Positions 26,570-40,634 of a stretch of 64,000 nt of DNA are shown here, piece after piece. The position numbers were made by a program, and so were the translations under genes. The notes beneath the pieces are model-generated. The model made no database searches and had not been told where the DNA came from. It saw only the letters and a program-made list of their open reading frames with translations. The DNA lies in contig JAAOMT010000512.1 in NCBI GenBank assembly GCA_016748015.1, forward strand, positions 294,238-358,237, in the 5' to 3' direction. This DNA is from Geosiphon pyriformis uo1. Lineage: Eukaryota > Fungi > Glomeromycota. Each line of letters starts with the position of its first letter. Position 1 is the first letter of the stretch.

Positions 26570-28027
26570 AAAAATTATTAATAATATTTAAAATATTGAC
26601 CAAAAATAAATTGTTAAATTTTATTTATATTCTATTTTTTATATTATAAGCTTTATTAGTTTGCTTTTATATAATATTTAATTAAATATTAAGAAAATTT
26701 TCAATTTAATATTTATTAAAATAGTTTTAACAAGTTATATTAAAAAATTTTCTATATATATTTTAATTGTATGTTAAATTAAAAAATTTTTATTAATAAA
26801 AATATAATTTAAAATTTTTCTTATAATTCTAAAATTAAATTAAATTGAAATCTTAATTAAAGAACTATTATTAAAAAAATTAAATAAATCTAAATCCAAA
26901 TATTTTTTAAAACTAGTGTTATAACCAGTTTTTTTTTTATTAAAATTAATTCTTAAAAAAATAAAACTGCTATTATTTAAAATCTTAATTATTAAAAAAT
27001 TAATATTATGTATTTAAGCCAGCTTTTTTGAAAAAAAACTTTAACATACAAATACAAAATTGTAATTGAAAACTGGTTTTTAAAAAACAAGTAGATTAAT
27101 AAAAATCAATTAAATATTTCAAAAATCTTTGTAAATATGTTTAATAATGTTTTTGTTAATTATAATTACAACTTTAAAATCTAGATTACTTAATTAAATT
27201 TAGAAGTAAATATCTTAATATTTTCAATTTTTTTTTTTTATGTTGTATATAGTAATCTTCTAAATCAAATTGGTTATTTGGAAGAAAAAGTAAAAAAATT
27301 ATTATCAGTACACAAAACATTCAATTTTAAAAAATAATATAACTTTAAAATAAAAAAACCAAAAACACTAAAACTTGAGAGTAAAAAACCATTATTTCTA
27401 CCAAAAAGAATTAAAGAATTAAGAAAAATTATATTTAAGCCAAAAACTATAAATTGAACATAATCCAAAAATTATTTTTAAAAATAATTGCAATCATAAA
27501 CATTACTTTGTAAAAAAATAAATATGAAGTAATTTTTTTATTTACATTAATTGTTTTTTCATACATTAAAAATGAAGCATTATTTGCACAATTTTTTTTT
27601 TAAAATAGTTATTAGTTAGAAACATTTTTTTAACAAAAGATTAAGCAAATTCCAAGCTTTTTTCAGAACTTCTTTTAACAGAAAATTAGGCACATATTTA
27701 GTTTAACTTTTTTCATTAGAAGATTCAGTATGCTAAGTCTTGAACAATAACCACAGATAAAGCAAAACTAAAATAATTTTTTGAATGTCTTACCTTAAAG
27801 GCTGTTAATGCAAATTTCTAATTTTCCATAACTGTCGTTCATTTGTATTTTTGAAAAGTGTACACTAGACAAATTTGTTTGGTAGAAAATATGGCGCGTA
27901 CTCGTACGCAGTTAACCGACATTGATAAGGCCGATTGATGATTGAGGTGTGATCATACAGCTCACGCCCATTTAGGAAGTGGTGATTCGATGCAAGTTTT
28001 GTCAACTCTGGATTTCGCCCTTTTAAC

Positions 28028-30161
28028 ATGGCACGCGATAAGAAGTTCATGGCTAAGCGTCGGATTTCGAACGAACCTTCTGAAACCCAATTTCTTCCTC
28101 AAGCTAGCTCCTCGGAGAAGACTTCTAGCATTGCATCAAGTTCAGTTGAACGCAAACGCAAACGCTTTCGTTCTCTACAATTACGTCGCAAGCCTGCTGC
28201 TGATTCTTTTGTCGTCAATGAAAAAAACCTACATTCAGATGATTCCGACCATACAGACAGGTCCGAGACACCTTCCAAAGCATCTAACAAAGAAAATAAC
28301 CCAGAGTCAAGCAAATCGGGTGCCATAAGAGCTGTACTTGAAGAAAATTCATTGTTAAAAAAAGAAATTGCTCGGCTGCAAGCCGAAATAGCTTTCAAAA
28401 ATCAAGTGATTGAAAGTTTGCAAGCCGAAACTAAACAGCTGAACCCTGGTAATTAAACTTCATGACCAGGGACTGGAATTCTGCAGAATTTTAAAGTTAC
28501 CATTATCTTTGTTTATAAAAAGGCCTCACATGCGTTGTCTGTGTTGAGTATATGACGAATCCCTGCACTATCTCGTGTGGCCATACATTTTGTTACGAAT
28601 GCCTTAGGGACTGGGTGGGTACGGGTTTTTTTCTATTTTTACTACTAACAAATCATATCAGTAATTGACTTGTTTGTATCTCTTAAAATAAAAGACCAAA
28701 ATACGGCGAGAATGCCCCACCTGCCGAAAGAAGATCACACACCCACCAACTTTATCATTTCTTGTCAAACAACAAGTTGAAACATTTGTAGAGAGATTGC
28801 CAGCTGATGAAAGGGAGATTGCTAACCAGAGACTTAAAACCAAAGAAGAAATGTTTAACAACCTTGAAGATCCTTGGATGGGTCTGTTTGCCGAGCCAGC
28901 TTCAGCTATTATCGATATTGCGGATGGTGTAAGGTAAGGCTACTTGTAAAGATATTAATTTTATTTTTTCCAGTATTTAAGAGAACTCTTTTACAAAAAA
29001 AATTCAGACGTTGTTCTAGATGCGCGTGGGAAGGCAAGTTTTATGCCTGGAATTCAATTATTATATCAATATGCTGATTTGATCTTTTTATTCATAGTGG
29101 TTGGGTCTCGTTGTATTCAGTGTGGCTTGCAGTATCAAACAGATGGGAACGAGGAACTAACTGACAGTGAAATAGACGTAGACGAAATGATTGCAGATTC
29201 AAGAAGACATGATTGGGAGTATGACTTAGATGATACTTTTATTGACCAAAGAACAACTGAAGAGATTTTGTCTGATGATTCTTATACTAGCGAGGAAGAA
29301 AGTTTTTTGGATGATCATATTCATGAACAGGAGTTTGATGGATATGAATCCGAGTCCGCCCAATCAACTGGCTCTAGTGAGTCAACTGGCTCAACTTCTT
29401 CGACTAGTACAAGCCTTGAACGGCGAGGAGCACAGCATTTTTTTCAACAATTAGAAGATATTATGATCAGTGGTTCTTCCTCGGGACCTGCGATAATCTC
29501 TATATCGTCGACATCGAGCTCAGGTTTGCCCACTCGATTTACTAGAATGAGCATAAGTCCTCAGAGATCTCGTGAAACTGACTTGGGAAATCAAGATGAT
29601 GATAACGAAACAACTTTACTTCCAATTCAACATCGTCGATCTATTCGAAGACTCCAAATAATTGAATCTGATTCTGAAATAGAAGATATCAATGATCAAA
29701 TGCCCAATGACTCATCTTCTAGCCTATCCCGGTTACAAAGTAATAGCACCATACGGTCACGCCCTATATCAAATCCACAAAATCCTATTATAGTGGATCG
29801 TATTGAATCTGAATCTGAATCAGAACAAGATATAGAAAATAGCGAAGAGGTTGGGAGCGAGGAAAATTCCGATGAAATTTTGACTTCAGAATCTGATGAT
29901 TCAGGCTCTTCCGGGACCTCTGGGACTGGGAATCTTTCTGATCGAAGCCGCAACCGTGTTCAAGAAAATCATAGTGAGTCTGATGAAGAATCTGTGTTTC
30001 AACCATTTCCCGCTCGGATTCCTGGTCGCTCCTCCCAAGGAAAATCAATCATTAGAAATAACAGACCACTCCCCAATTCCTCGCGAGAGGATAATCATGG
30101 TGTAAATAGTGGAATTGGTCAGGCCCGAGGATTTGGAAGTCGAACAGGGGGCCGTCGATAG
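28028..30161 (+). CDS. PSH1: PSH1-like RING-finger (C3HC4) E3 ubiquitin ligase; exons 28028-28448, 28523-28614, 28695-28933, 29008-29033, 29098-30161
   Basis: Spliced in frame by eye. N-terminal NLS-like segment and coiled coil. RING CVVC-x11-CGHTFCYEC...CPTC. Second C4 zinc motif DGVRRCSRCAWEVVGSRCIQC, typical of fungal Psh1-family proteins. Long acidic/Ser-rich tail. Introns GT-AG except one GC-AG. The symbol rests on motif recognition only. Confidence 0.8.
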
Positions 30162-30692
30162 CAATATGTCGTACAAATACCTTGATTAATGAGTCTTTTT
30201 GAACATTCAAAATTTATTTATGTACTTAACTATATTGTATCTTTTGTTTAAAATCAGTACTTCAGGTTCGTGTATAATCAAAGATGATTTCGTGATAGAG
30301 TCAGGAAATTATGCATTTTCTCCTAAAATAACCTTATTTCACATTGCAAAATTTTCAACTTGGTCAATTGAAATCTTTTGGAATCTTTCAAATGCCGAAT
30401 TATGATGGATCAAAGAATTAATTTACCAGCGATCGAGATCGTAAATCCTGACTTCTATTGCCCAATTTTATTTATTTATTTACCGGCACCATATATAAGC
30501 CACTCCTAAAAAACAAAGTAACGACTTGGATGCATTTGCTGATTTTCTCGTTAACACTCCCAAATCGAGAAGGAACTTCGCTTTTAGCTAAAAAAAATCA
30601 AAAAATTTGTTTATCAAAAGAACCATTTATCTTCTTTAAACTGTGAACCTTTTGTTCAAACTACAAACAAGCTTGATTTATACGTGAAAACC

Positions 30693-33025
30693 ATGCCTGC
30701 CACAGAAGCTACAACTTCTCACGATGTCCCCCCCACACTCCTGGAAGGGTTAAACGAGAAGCCAACTAATATAGGGCAAAACCTCCTTCCAAGAGTTGGT
30801 ACCACTCCACCCGCTTCCCCAAGTGTAAAAAGAAACGGCGCTTCCTCTAAGAAAAGAACTCTCGATCCCCAAGAACTCACTAATATGATTCAAAATAAAA
30901 TCTCACAGCTTGAAACCGAATCTTCGATTGAAGATGAGGAGGAAAAAGCCATCGGTATAACACATGCTATTTCAACTTAATTATCTTGCTATGAGCTCGC
31001 CATTTTGTCAGCACCTTTTTGGGTCCCCATTGTATTTGTGTTTTCCTGGCTACTATTTCCTGCTATTTGACCTGATTCTTACAGAAACTCCAAAATTCAA
31101 ATATTGAAATAACCTAGCGAAAGCGGTTAAAAAAGCCAGCAAAGAAATGAAAGACATCATCAATTCTCAGGATGATCAATTGGATAAGCTAGATACAATT
31201 CAGCAAAGATACATGGAATTGGTAAGAAGCTTGTTCTGATCAGTTTGGAATCTGATGTGACTTCATCTATAATTTTATTTCTAAATAGTTTCAGGACATG
31301 AAACGTCTTGAACGCGATCACGCTAAAATGAAAAAAAGAAATGAGCAATTGCAAAAAGAAAAAGATTCAAGTTAGTATCTTTTCGCTATTTAATGAAGTT
31401 GTCGTATATATAGAGGCAAAAATAAATATTCAATTCTTTCCAGTCAAAAGTGATCTATCTAAAGCTAATTCCATGAAACACAAATTGGAAAATTTATGTC
31501 GTGAACTACAAAAGGAAAATAAGCGAATCAAGGTGAATCTTTTTAATATTTGGCATTTAATTTTCTTTATATTGCAGTCTTATTTATGAGGATATGTCCT
31601 CCTAACAGGAGGAAAGCAAACGTTTGGCATCAACTGAACAGCAAAAACGGGAAGAGCTTTCCAGCAAGTTTGAAAGCACTATCTGGGAAATTAAATCAAA
31701 GATGGATGAAGATACTGACGAGAAGAAAAAAAGAGCAGAAGATAATGAAATGTATGGATATTAGAAATTATGCCCATCGACATTTTTCAATAGAGTATAT
31801 AAACTGATTAGTTTTTTTGGGCATTTAAGGTTGAAAGACAAGTTTCGAAGTTTTTTGGAACAGTACGAGCTCCGTGAAAAACATTATAACTGTGTAGTCC
31901 GGTCGAAAGATTTAGAACTCCAATTATACGAAGCCAAATTACAGCAACAACGGCAGCTTACGGATCAAGAAGTGGTGAAAGTATGTAAGGTAAATTCTTC
32001 CAATAATACTTATGGAGCAGCATATTATAATTCCCAAATGCACCTCGATTTCCAATTTAGGCGAGCTCATTGCAAGAACAAGTTAATGCCTTTGCCAAAA
32101 CCGAAACGGATTTACGTAAACAAGTTAGTGTTAGCATATGAGATTTTCTCTCAATCGCTCATTTTAATCAATCCCGATTTTCCTGGGTTTTAGTTAAATG
32201 TTTATGTCGACAAATTTAAGGCTGTTGAAGAAACGTTAAATAAAAGCAATGAGCTTTTCCTCACTTTCCGAAAGGAAATGGAACAGATGACTAAAAAGAC
32301 GAAGAAACTGGAAAAGGAGAATGCTTCTATAAAGACAAAATGCGATACCATGAATAAGAATATATTGGAGATGGCTGAAGAGGTGAAGATTATGTTATCA
32401 CGTTCAATATGGCAACAGCGTAAAGTAATTGCATCATCTTTCCTTATTCGAGTGAATGAGAATTACTGATGCAATTTACAAGAACTCTTGTTCCATATGA
32501 AATGGGATTTTGCTCTCTTTTGATTAAATTCTTGTCGTATTTTAATATTGAAGTGTCCATTTGTATATTATTTTGATTTATTAGCGAGCCAAAGATCAAA
32601 AAACCATAGAAGAAGCTAAGAAAAAGCAAACAAAGCTGGAAAATCTTTGTAGGGCCTTGCAGGTATTTCAAATGGATTATACATAACAAATCTTGTTTTC
32701 GTTCTAAATTTAGTGCTCTGCCTTTATTTAGGCCGAAAGAACGGTTCTTAAGCAAAAGGTTGAAGCATACGAATCATCACCTTCCTCCACCCAAAGGCCT
32801 AGTACTCCAGTATCTTCCACCGCGGAAGATGATATGGAAGAAGGCTCCAGCGATTATGGCTCAACAGAGGAGGTGGGTCAGTGCCCTTGTGGGGACAATC
32901 ATCAAGATATTATTCAGGAGGGAAAAAGTGAATGCGTTTGTGGTATGGATCACAGTGATCGTAGTGGTGCTGGTATCGATGACATTAATGCAGTCCCAAT
33001 GACAGTGGAAATGAACGTAAACTGA
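30693..33025 (+). CDS. Taxilin-family (myosin-like coiled-coil) protein; exons 30693-30954, 31118-31221, 31289-31370, 31444-31532, 31609-31751, 31830-31980, 32061-32123, 32194-32382, 32585-32662, 32732-33025
   Basis: Taxilin signatures KLENLCRELQKEN, FLEQYELREKH, YVDKFKAVEETLNKSNELFLTFRKEMEQMTKKTKKLEKEN, KLENLCRALQAER. All nine introns are GT-AG and in frame. Confidence 0.92.
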
Positions 33026-33851
33026 AAAGTAAACGTTAATCAACTCAATTGGCCTGGGACTGATTAATTTCCCATTTACTTGTATTGATGATCTCCTAGT
33101 ATTTTTCTTTTGTTTTACAGTCGTACATCGGATGGTTTGTATATCTTAATTAATGCGGCCCTCTTTCATGTTTGATTAAATCGAGCGAACCGATGTTTCC
33201 GTTATCAGTTATATAATTCTACTGATTTTGGGTTGAAAATATTAATTTCGTTAAGCCTAGAATGTAATGTACAAAATTTTACTGGGCAATTATCTTCTGA
33301 TTCTTTAAAGAACTATTATTATTATTGTTGCAATGAAACTGATGATTAAGAATATTTTTAATTAGTATTAAAAATAGTAGATTTTAAATTTATATTGGGG
33401 ATTCAGTAAGATAAACATTTATATTTATATTTTTCAAGTTTAAAAAAATGCATTGATTTTTAAAATTAATGTAAACACATTCTTTTGGTAAATGAATACA
33501 AAAAATATTACAAGCAGTATTAACATTTTTTTGCTATTAATATTAATGTTAAAACATTAACATTGTTTTTAACAAAATACAACTTAAGACTTTTAATATG
33601 TATATGTTTAAAATAAAATATTAAAAATCATAAAAATAAATAGTTTTTGTATAATAAATATTAATTTAAATAAAGTACTGTTTTTGTTTTTTATAAGTTA
33701 AACAAAATTATTAAAATTTAGATAAAATCTAAATTATAAATTATAACTTTGTTAATTATTTTTAAAAATAGTCTTAAATTTCAGATTTATTTAACAATTT
33801 TATTTAATATTGTATTTTTGTTTTAATTATATTATAAAATTAATTAATATA

Positions 33852-36800
33852 TTTTTTTTTATTAATTAATGAATGCAGCCTAATCACTATCTAGTATACA
33901 AAGATAAAGCAAAATATTCCAAATTAAACATGGCTCATGTACTTACTATACATGACTGATCACTTGGATCCATCAAAACAACACTACATACTCACTAGAA
34001 CCCCACTATCATCATTCAAACCAGAAAAGAACAAACAATGCCTATGTAAACCAAAACTAACAGCAAAAGATTCCACCACATCTAGCATGCAAACAACACC
34101 ATTAGATAGCAACCTGAGTAAACCCTGTGGCAGAGCAAAAATTCCATCATCATTGCAAACCAGACCAACCTTTTTCATATCAACCCTAAACTTAGATCTT
34201 AACAATCACAGATGATCACAATGGTCACCTGCAAGATGGCGAACAAACTCGACAACAATTGACTGGGCTTTCTTTCTGTTACTGAAAATGGAAACAGCCT
34301 TACCAATCCAATCTTAAAAAACAAAACTCTTGCACAAAACTGCATATATACTGACATCCAAAGCATTTGCAAGTGTGTTTAGCACTAAAGACAAAGCAGG
34401 AAGATAAACATCCACCAAAAATTTTTACAATCCAATGTGATTAGTCACAACCTCCAAACATAAAAGTGAATTCACAGAACAAGTAAAAGCATGATCAAAG
34501 AATTTGACATCACCACACATCAGACACAAAACACTCAGGTAACCAGTATTATACAATCTCTTATGGACAGCCACTGGCAACTTACCATGAACTGCCTTCA
34601 TCAAATAAATGCACAGAGCAGTCAATCTTTTGCTGGTAAAACCTGCCAGCATATAAAAATTCGGATGCCAAACAGAAACAGTACACTCCCAATTAATGGA
34701 ATGAAGAAATGAACTGGCCAAGACACTCACACCAAGACCAGCTTCCCACAAGACATGGCACACAGTTCTGCAAACATCATAGATAAAATGCCAAGCATTA
34801 CCAAAAACCACCAGACTATCTGCCACAAAAAATCTATCATGAATCCCAACCAAAAGAAACAAGCTAGAATGAGATGCAGCATGAGCTATAGCATTAGCCC
34901 AATTATTTCAAAACACACCAAAATATCCCTTCACCTTAACCCACCTCATAGTAACATCTTTCAAATTGGTTAAATTAGCAATATGATGTTATTCTACTCA
35001 GCATCTGTTGCAAAAGTCTGGATAACCCAACTCATATTCAGACATGTATGCATTCAAAGCCATTTGACTATTAGAATAAATGACAATAGAGCAGGATGAT
35101 GGAACACACTTCAAAGCCACAGCAATTGCTTGCAATTTCACTAGTATAGAAGACAACAGACCTTGAATCCTAATACCAACACCTAAATTAATCTCAAAGA
35201 AATAAGCAGCTGCCTCACAAGCCACACCTAATGTGCCCAGATCACTCAATGAGCTATCAGTGAAAATATTCAACTTCTCTATCCAGACTTCATGTAGGCA
35301 TTCACAAACAACTAAGAAATTACTTGAACAGAAGAGACCAGAACTATTCAACACTTCACCATTGTTTGAATTCACTAGACTACTACACATGTACACAAAA
35401 GTTTTACTAAACCAAACTGGCACTGAATTCTTAGAGCTTAACCTCTTTCAGCAATGAAAAGTTTTCCAATCCATGACTTGACCCCACTTAGTTAGCAGAC
35501 AGTTACCAAAAGCAACACCAAAACATTTCAATGAACAGACTATGTCAAAATAGCATGAAGCACCCAGAATTTCAGACATTGGGAAATGGCCAGGCTTACA
35601 AAATGCATTAGGTAATTTGTTAACTAAAAAAACACTCGTATCCAAAAAGATCCTCACAACCCCAGCCAGAAAATTGTTCAGTGGGCAAACTCTTAACTTA
35701 ATGGAATGGCACAAGAGATTCAAAGGAGTTCAACCCAAAACTTGTAAGTCCAAAGTACGGTGCTTAAACAGACAATCAAAAATCCCAAGTGCATTGGAGA
35801 AACTAATCACCGAAGTAACCTTGGCTTCAGCTTGTACTTGCTCAAAAAGCTTTAAACCATATAGAGATGAATGATGTAATGCCTTAATGGGAAAATTCTT
35901 TGGCAAAAATGCCTTAGTTCTAAGACCTTTCTTGATTATGATATCTCATTTTCGACATACACTCTTAGCAACAAAACTGAATTGCATATGATAACATATA
36001 ATAGGCTGAAAGACTGCCAAAACCAAATAAAAAAACTGCTTATTCAACACTACCTTTCTAAGAACCAAATTAGAAAAGAACCTAATATCTGCATGTGTTT
36101 TGGTAAGACTTGGTTTTGAAAAGCCCTCTATAAACAAAAAAATACCAAGATATCTATGAGATTCACCCTTTTTTGCAATGAAAATAGATTGGCCACTGAT
36201 GTACAAAAAGACATCTTTCATCTTCTAATTAATAGAAATCACTACTGTTTTGTTGTTGTTAATGGAAATATCATTCATATCAAAAAATTCACTTGTAATG
36301 TCTAGAATGTACTGTGTCAAGGTCTGGCCATTACCAATCCAGATTGTATTATCAACAAAAGCACCTGCAACAAAAAAAGATGACATGCCACCACTAAATT
36401 TAACTCTACCAGACTTTGTCACAAAATTTGAATTGATCCTGTAGTCACACAAATGTTTTTGCCTCTTGATCTCACACAACAGAGAATCATAAAAAATTCT
36501 CCAGAGAAGTGAAAAAAACATCTCACCCTAATCCAAACCATTGTGAACAATGTAACTATTTAACAAACCAAAATCAGTCATAATTCTATTAATTCTATTT
36601 TTATGGATATTCCCAAAAAACTCAATAAATCTGCTGCACATCTTGATGCACTTCAAACTGGACTTCAAATGATACCACCCAACCAAATCATAAGCTTTAT
36701 GCATATTTTGTAGAACCAGCCAAATTTCCTGGTCTTTTTTCAAAACATCCTCCACAATCGAGCCAATAACAAACACTGGGAACTGAATTGAAGTACTTCT

Positions 36801-39800
36801 TAGAACTGAGAAATTGTCACCATGAAGAATGTCAAATTCACTACAGACTGAAAAGATCCAGTTTGATAAAACCTTAGATAAAATTTTTCTCGCTGTCTCA
36901 ATCAGGGCAATTAGCCTAGTGTTAATTAGAATGCTGTCCCATTCATAGGGCTTAGGGATTATAGAAACCCAAGCTCTCTTTCACAAATCAGGTACATCAT
37001 TAGTTCTCAAACAAGAATTCAGCAAATCAAGAAGACAAGCCAACACTTCAGCACCACTGTGCTTCCACAACTCATTAAGTATACCAAAAAAACCAACAGC
37101 TTTGCTATTAGGCAGCCCACTAATAACCAGAGACAATTTACTCAAGCTAATATTACTTATCATGCCTGAAAAGACATCATCATTCACATAATTTAAAGGG
37201 GCATACTGATGAGTCCACAAATTAGACAAAGCCAAAGAAATTCTCTGCCTGTGGATCCAGCTCACCATGATTTCATCCACTTTAGACTGAACTTCTATGA
37301 GATCCAAAATCAACTCATTATCAACCACCAAATGATCCAACACAACTTTGTGAAAAAAACACTCCAATATGCTCCTAATCATCCCACCTTTATTAGAATT
37401 AAAACTCTCCATACATTTGTTTATTGCATCTCTGATGTGTCTGCATCTAACCAACTCAACCTTATGGTATTTAAATTTCTGCTGACCTTTGACAAAAGAC
37501 TGCACAGTTCATGTAACTTCAAATTATTTTCAAGCAAAACAGCAACCTCTGAGGCCCTGACAGCATCAAGAGTCAACCAGACCTTAACAAGATGCTCCAC
37601 TTTCATCAACCTATCCAAGCACAAACTCTTTGTAATTCTGACAACCAAAGATTCTAGCTTAAAAAACTTCAAAGATTGTTTGTTTCTAAGATTATCAAAT
37701 TCACAGAATCAATATTTGGAAAAAATCTCATCAGCTGAATTGCAAACAGCATTTTTCAACACCTTTCACATCCCATCCATATCCTCTTTTTCTTTTGAGA
37801 CCAAAAAAGTATCCAAAAGCAAAGATAACCTGGCTGAAAAGCGATCCCTAAAGCAATTCTATTTGACAACATCTGCATTTTTAATCCTATACTTCTAGTG
37901 GTCTTTATTAGCCTGCTTGTGAATACCATTCAGACGAACATTAACCAAGCTCCCCAACCCAACCGAGGTTCCAACCATATCATGATCAGTTTCAAAAAAT
38001 TCAAACACAGAGACAACACTATGACCAACAACAGCTGAAGAAAGAACTTCACTCACAAAAACATAATCAATAGTTTTTTCAACTCCTTGGAAATTTCTCT
38101 AAGTAGGTGACTTACTCAGAGAGTGACCACCCAATAAGTTGACCAACTTTAAATCCGAACACTTCCTAAAACTAGCACATCTTCTAGCACCATCCTCATT
38201 AAAATTTTCACCAACAACCACAAAAGAGCTATTATTAACCACCTTAGAAATGAGTAAGTTGACATTGACAGCTTGAGCAAAATGTGTTTTGGCAGAAGCA
38301 CCAGCATACAAACCCTGAAAAATAACCGAAAGCTTATTTTTAAACAACAAATAAACAGAGATAACCTGACCAGAAATCTTCTCAACTTTCAAAACATGCT
38401 GAGCCAATGAACTATTCATAACCACAGCCACACTTGCATCAAGAAAACCCTTTTCCAGACCAGATGTAAAAATTCTGATATTCTCAAACTTGTTTTTAAT
38501 CCAAGGACCAGTACTTGCTCTTAACTTAGTCTTAGTGAGAAAAAAAACCATGTTACTAAATTCTAGATGTCAATAAACAATGTCCTTTTGTTTCTCCAAA
38601 TTAGTCATGCTCTTGACATTACAAGTAGCTACCTTCCAAACTAGACCATTTATTGGGAGAAAGGAAGTAATAACAAACCTAAACCAGAACACAAAAGATC
38701 CAACTTAGCCAAGACAGAACTGACTGACATTTCCAGAGCTGACATTTTAGATTCCAAACCATCCACTTTGGAAGTCAAAATCTTCAAACTGCTTGAATTA
38801 AAACCATTAACCAATTCACCAACACTTAGAAAAGGGAAAGGAGATGATGTTAACATGCCATCTAAAGCCATATTTGAATCTAAAACAGGAGCCATAGGCA
38901 CAGAAACAGCCAGAGATAAAGCACAAAGAAAAGGCACCAAGAGCACCAACTCAACAAAACTCAACTTTTTCAGAATACCAGAAACCTGTTTGGACAAAAT
39001 TTCCAAAAAGCATTCCAGGGAAGCCAAACAATTATTTAATCCAGAGACAACAAGAGAAGTAGAAACCAAAGAAGGGGAATTTGCACCCAAAACTGAACCA
39101 ATATCAGAAGCAGTTGAAAGAACTGCATAGAGTAGAAAGCCGCCAACAATCTGGGCCCAAGTTTTTCCACCAAAAGAGACTGGATATACAATAAGAGCCT
39201 GCTTTTTCTTATAAATACCAGCCAAAAAAACCCAATTCTGATTAGTTACTACTTGTTTCCCATGAACTCCAGAATTCCCACCAACTGAATACATATTAGA
39301 AACATGACCAAATTGTTTACATTTGACACAACACACCAATAAAAGACTAACCCAATGCAAACTTACACCCTTGAAAACTGGAACAGAACCAATAGCAGCC
39401 AACTTGGATGTTTTGTCTTCAAAACAAATAACAGCACACCTATCTCGTACATATAATGCAAGATTATGGTCAATAAAACAGGTTTTTTCACCATAAGCCC
39501 CCACCAATACAGAAAAATTATAAGCCATGATACCAACTGGAAAAGTATAAAGCAAAGCCCAATGCTGATCTCTAAATATCCATATTTGTTTGTCCTCATT
39601 TGCCAAAGCCACATGCACAGAATCTTTTCCCATAAATACCAATCATTTAAAAGCAACCAGACTGGCCATCTTAGATAATTCAAACTCTATTAAAGTCCAA
39701 AGTCCAATCACCACCTGATCTAAATGGCTATTTACCTTTCTTAAATCATCATTTACAAGAATTTTCTTGTAAATTGCCAATTTTTTTGCCTTATTCATAC

Positions 39801-40634
39801 TAAGCTCAGAAGTAAATAAAGCTCTAATAATCCCCAGGAATTTTGAGGGAGTCGATGCCCCCCCAAAACCATCAATTTGATAAAAAATTTTCTTTATTGA
39901 AATCAATTTGTCACTAACAGATTTTCTTGAAATAGCTGAAAGCTCAATATTTAACATAAAAGATTTTACTGGCTCAAAGTTTTTTTTATTTTCTAAAACA
40001 CATGACTTAATACTTGACAGCTAATTAGAACTCTTAAACTTAGGAGACAGAAGAGCCACCATATTTTTATCACTACTTAAAATGTCGAATGAAGGAGTCT
40101 TTGGAGATTAATCTAATACATATGTATAAGTACATGTTTTCCTGAGTGTGATATTGTCCTCCATGCTATTGACCACAGAATTGTCTGAATTAGCATAACT
40201 AGTTTCTTCAGTGACAATATTTTTCATGTTTTCCAAGTCTGACAGGCCACTTATGCTAATCACTTCACTTTCCATTTTGCTGTTCCAAGATTTTGAAAAC
40301 TTATCATCAATGACACCAATATCAGCCAGGCCCAACGGTCCAGTAGATGAGTCAATCACACCAACTCCAACTTTAGGATTTCTCAGCTTTTTATAATATG
40401 CATTACATGAGTAAACACTATTCACTCTTTTTTTTTGTATTAGGCTGGTTCCCCAACCCAGCAGAAATAGATCCAGAACCACCAGCAACAGGATTTGCCA
40501 ATTTTGTGTTCACAAACAAAAGTACATCTGAAGAAATAGTTAAAATACGAAGGAAATAAGGAGTAAGAGAAACTTTTTCTTCAACAATATCTTGCTTTTA
40601 TTGTGACTGGGGGATCAACAAGAGAAAAATTTTC
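33852..40634 (-). mobile_element. LINE copy D: full-length (~6.8 kb), decayed; ORF2 33984-38653, ORF1 38650-~40490
   Basis: Poly(A) at 33852-33860. RNase H IFTDSSL..LQAIAVAL..YSNSQ. RT AGAFVDNTIW. APE. ORF1 knuckle CVKCKQFGHVSNM. 5' leader at 40569-40634. Confidence 0.95.

Noticed and set aside
26580-27800. AT-rich block with short ORF 27274-27468 (similar ORFs at 1559, 1880, 47035, 50082)
   Set aside because: Compositional ORFs in hypermutated relic DNA; no family could be assigned.
27891-27938. Upstream ORF MARTRTQLTDIDKAD resembling the histone H3 N-terminus, ahead of the Psh1-like gene
   Set aside because: Only four matching residues in a 15-codon ORF. It may simply be an AAAATATGGCG promoter-type motif. 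No support for translation.
37209-39678. Long antisense ORFs over LINE D (e.g. 37209-37898, 38768-39130) and similar ones over A, B and E
   Set aside because: Shadow frames of ORF1/ORF2; not conserved between copies.
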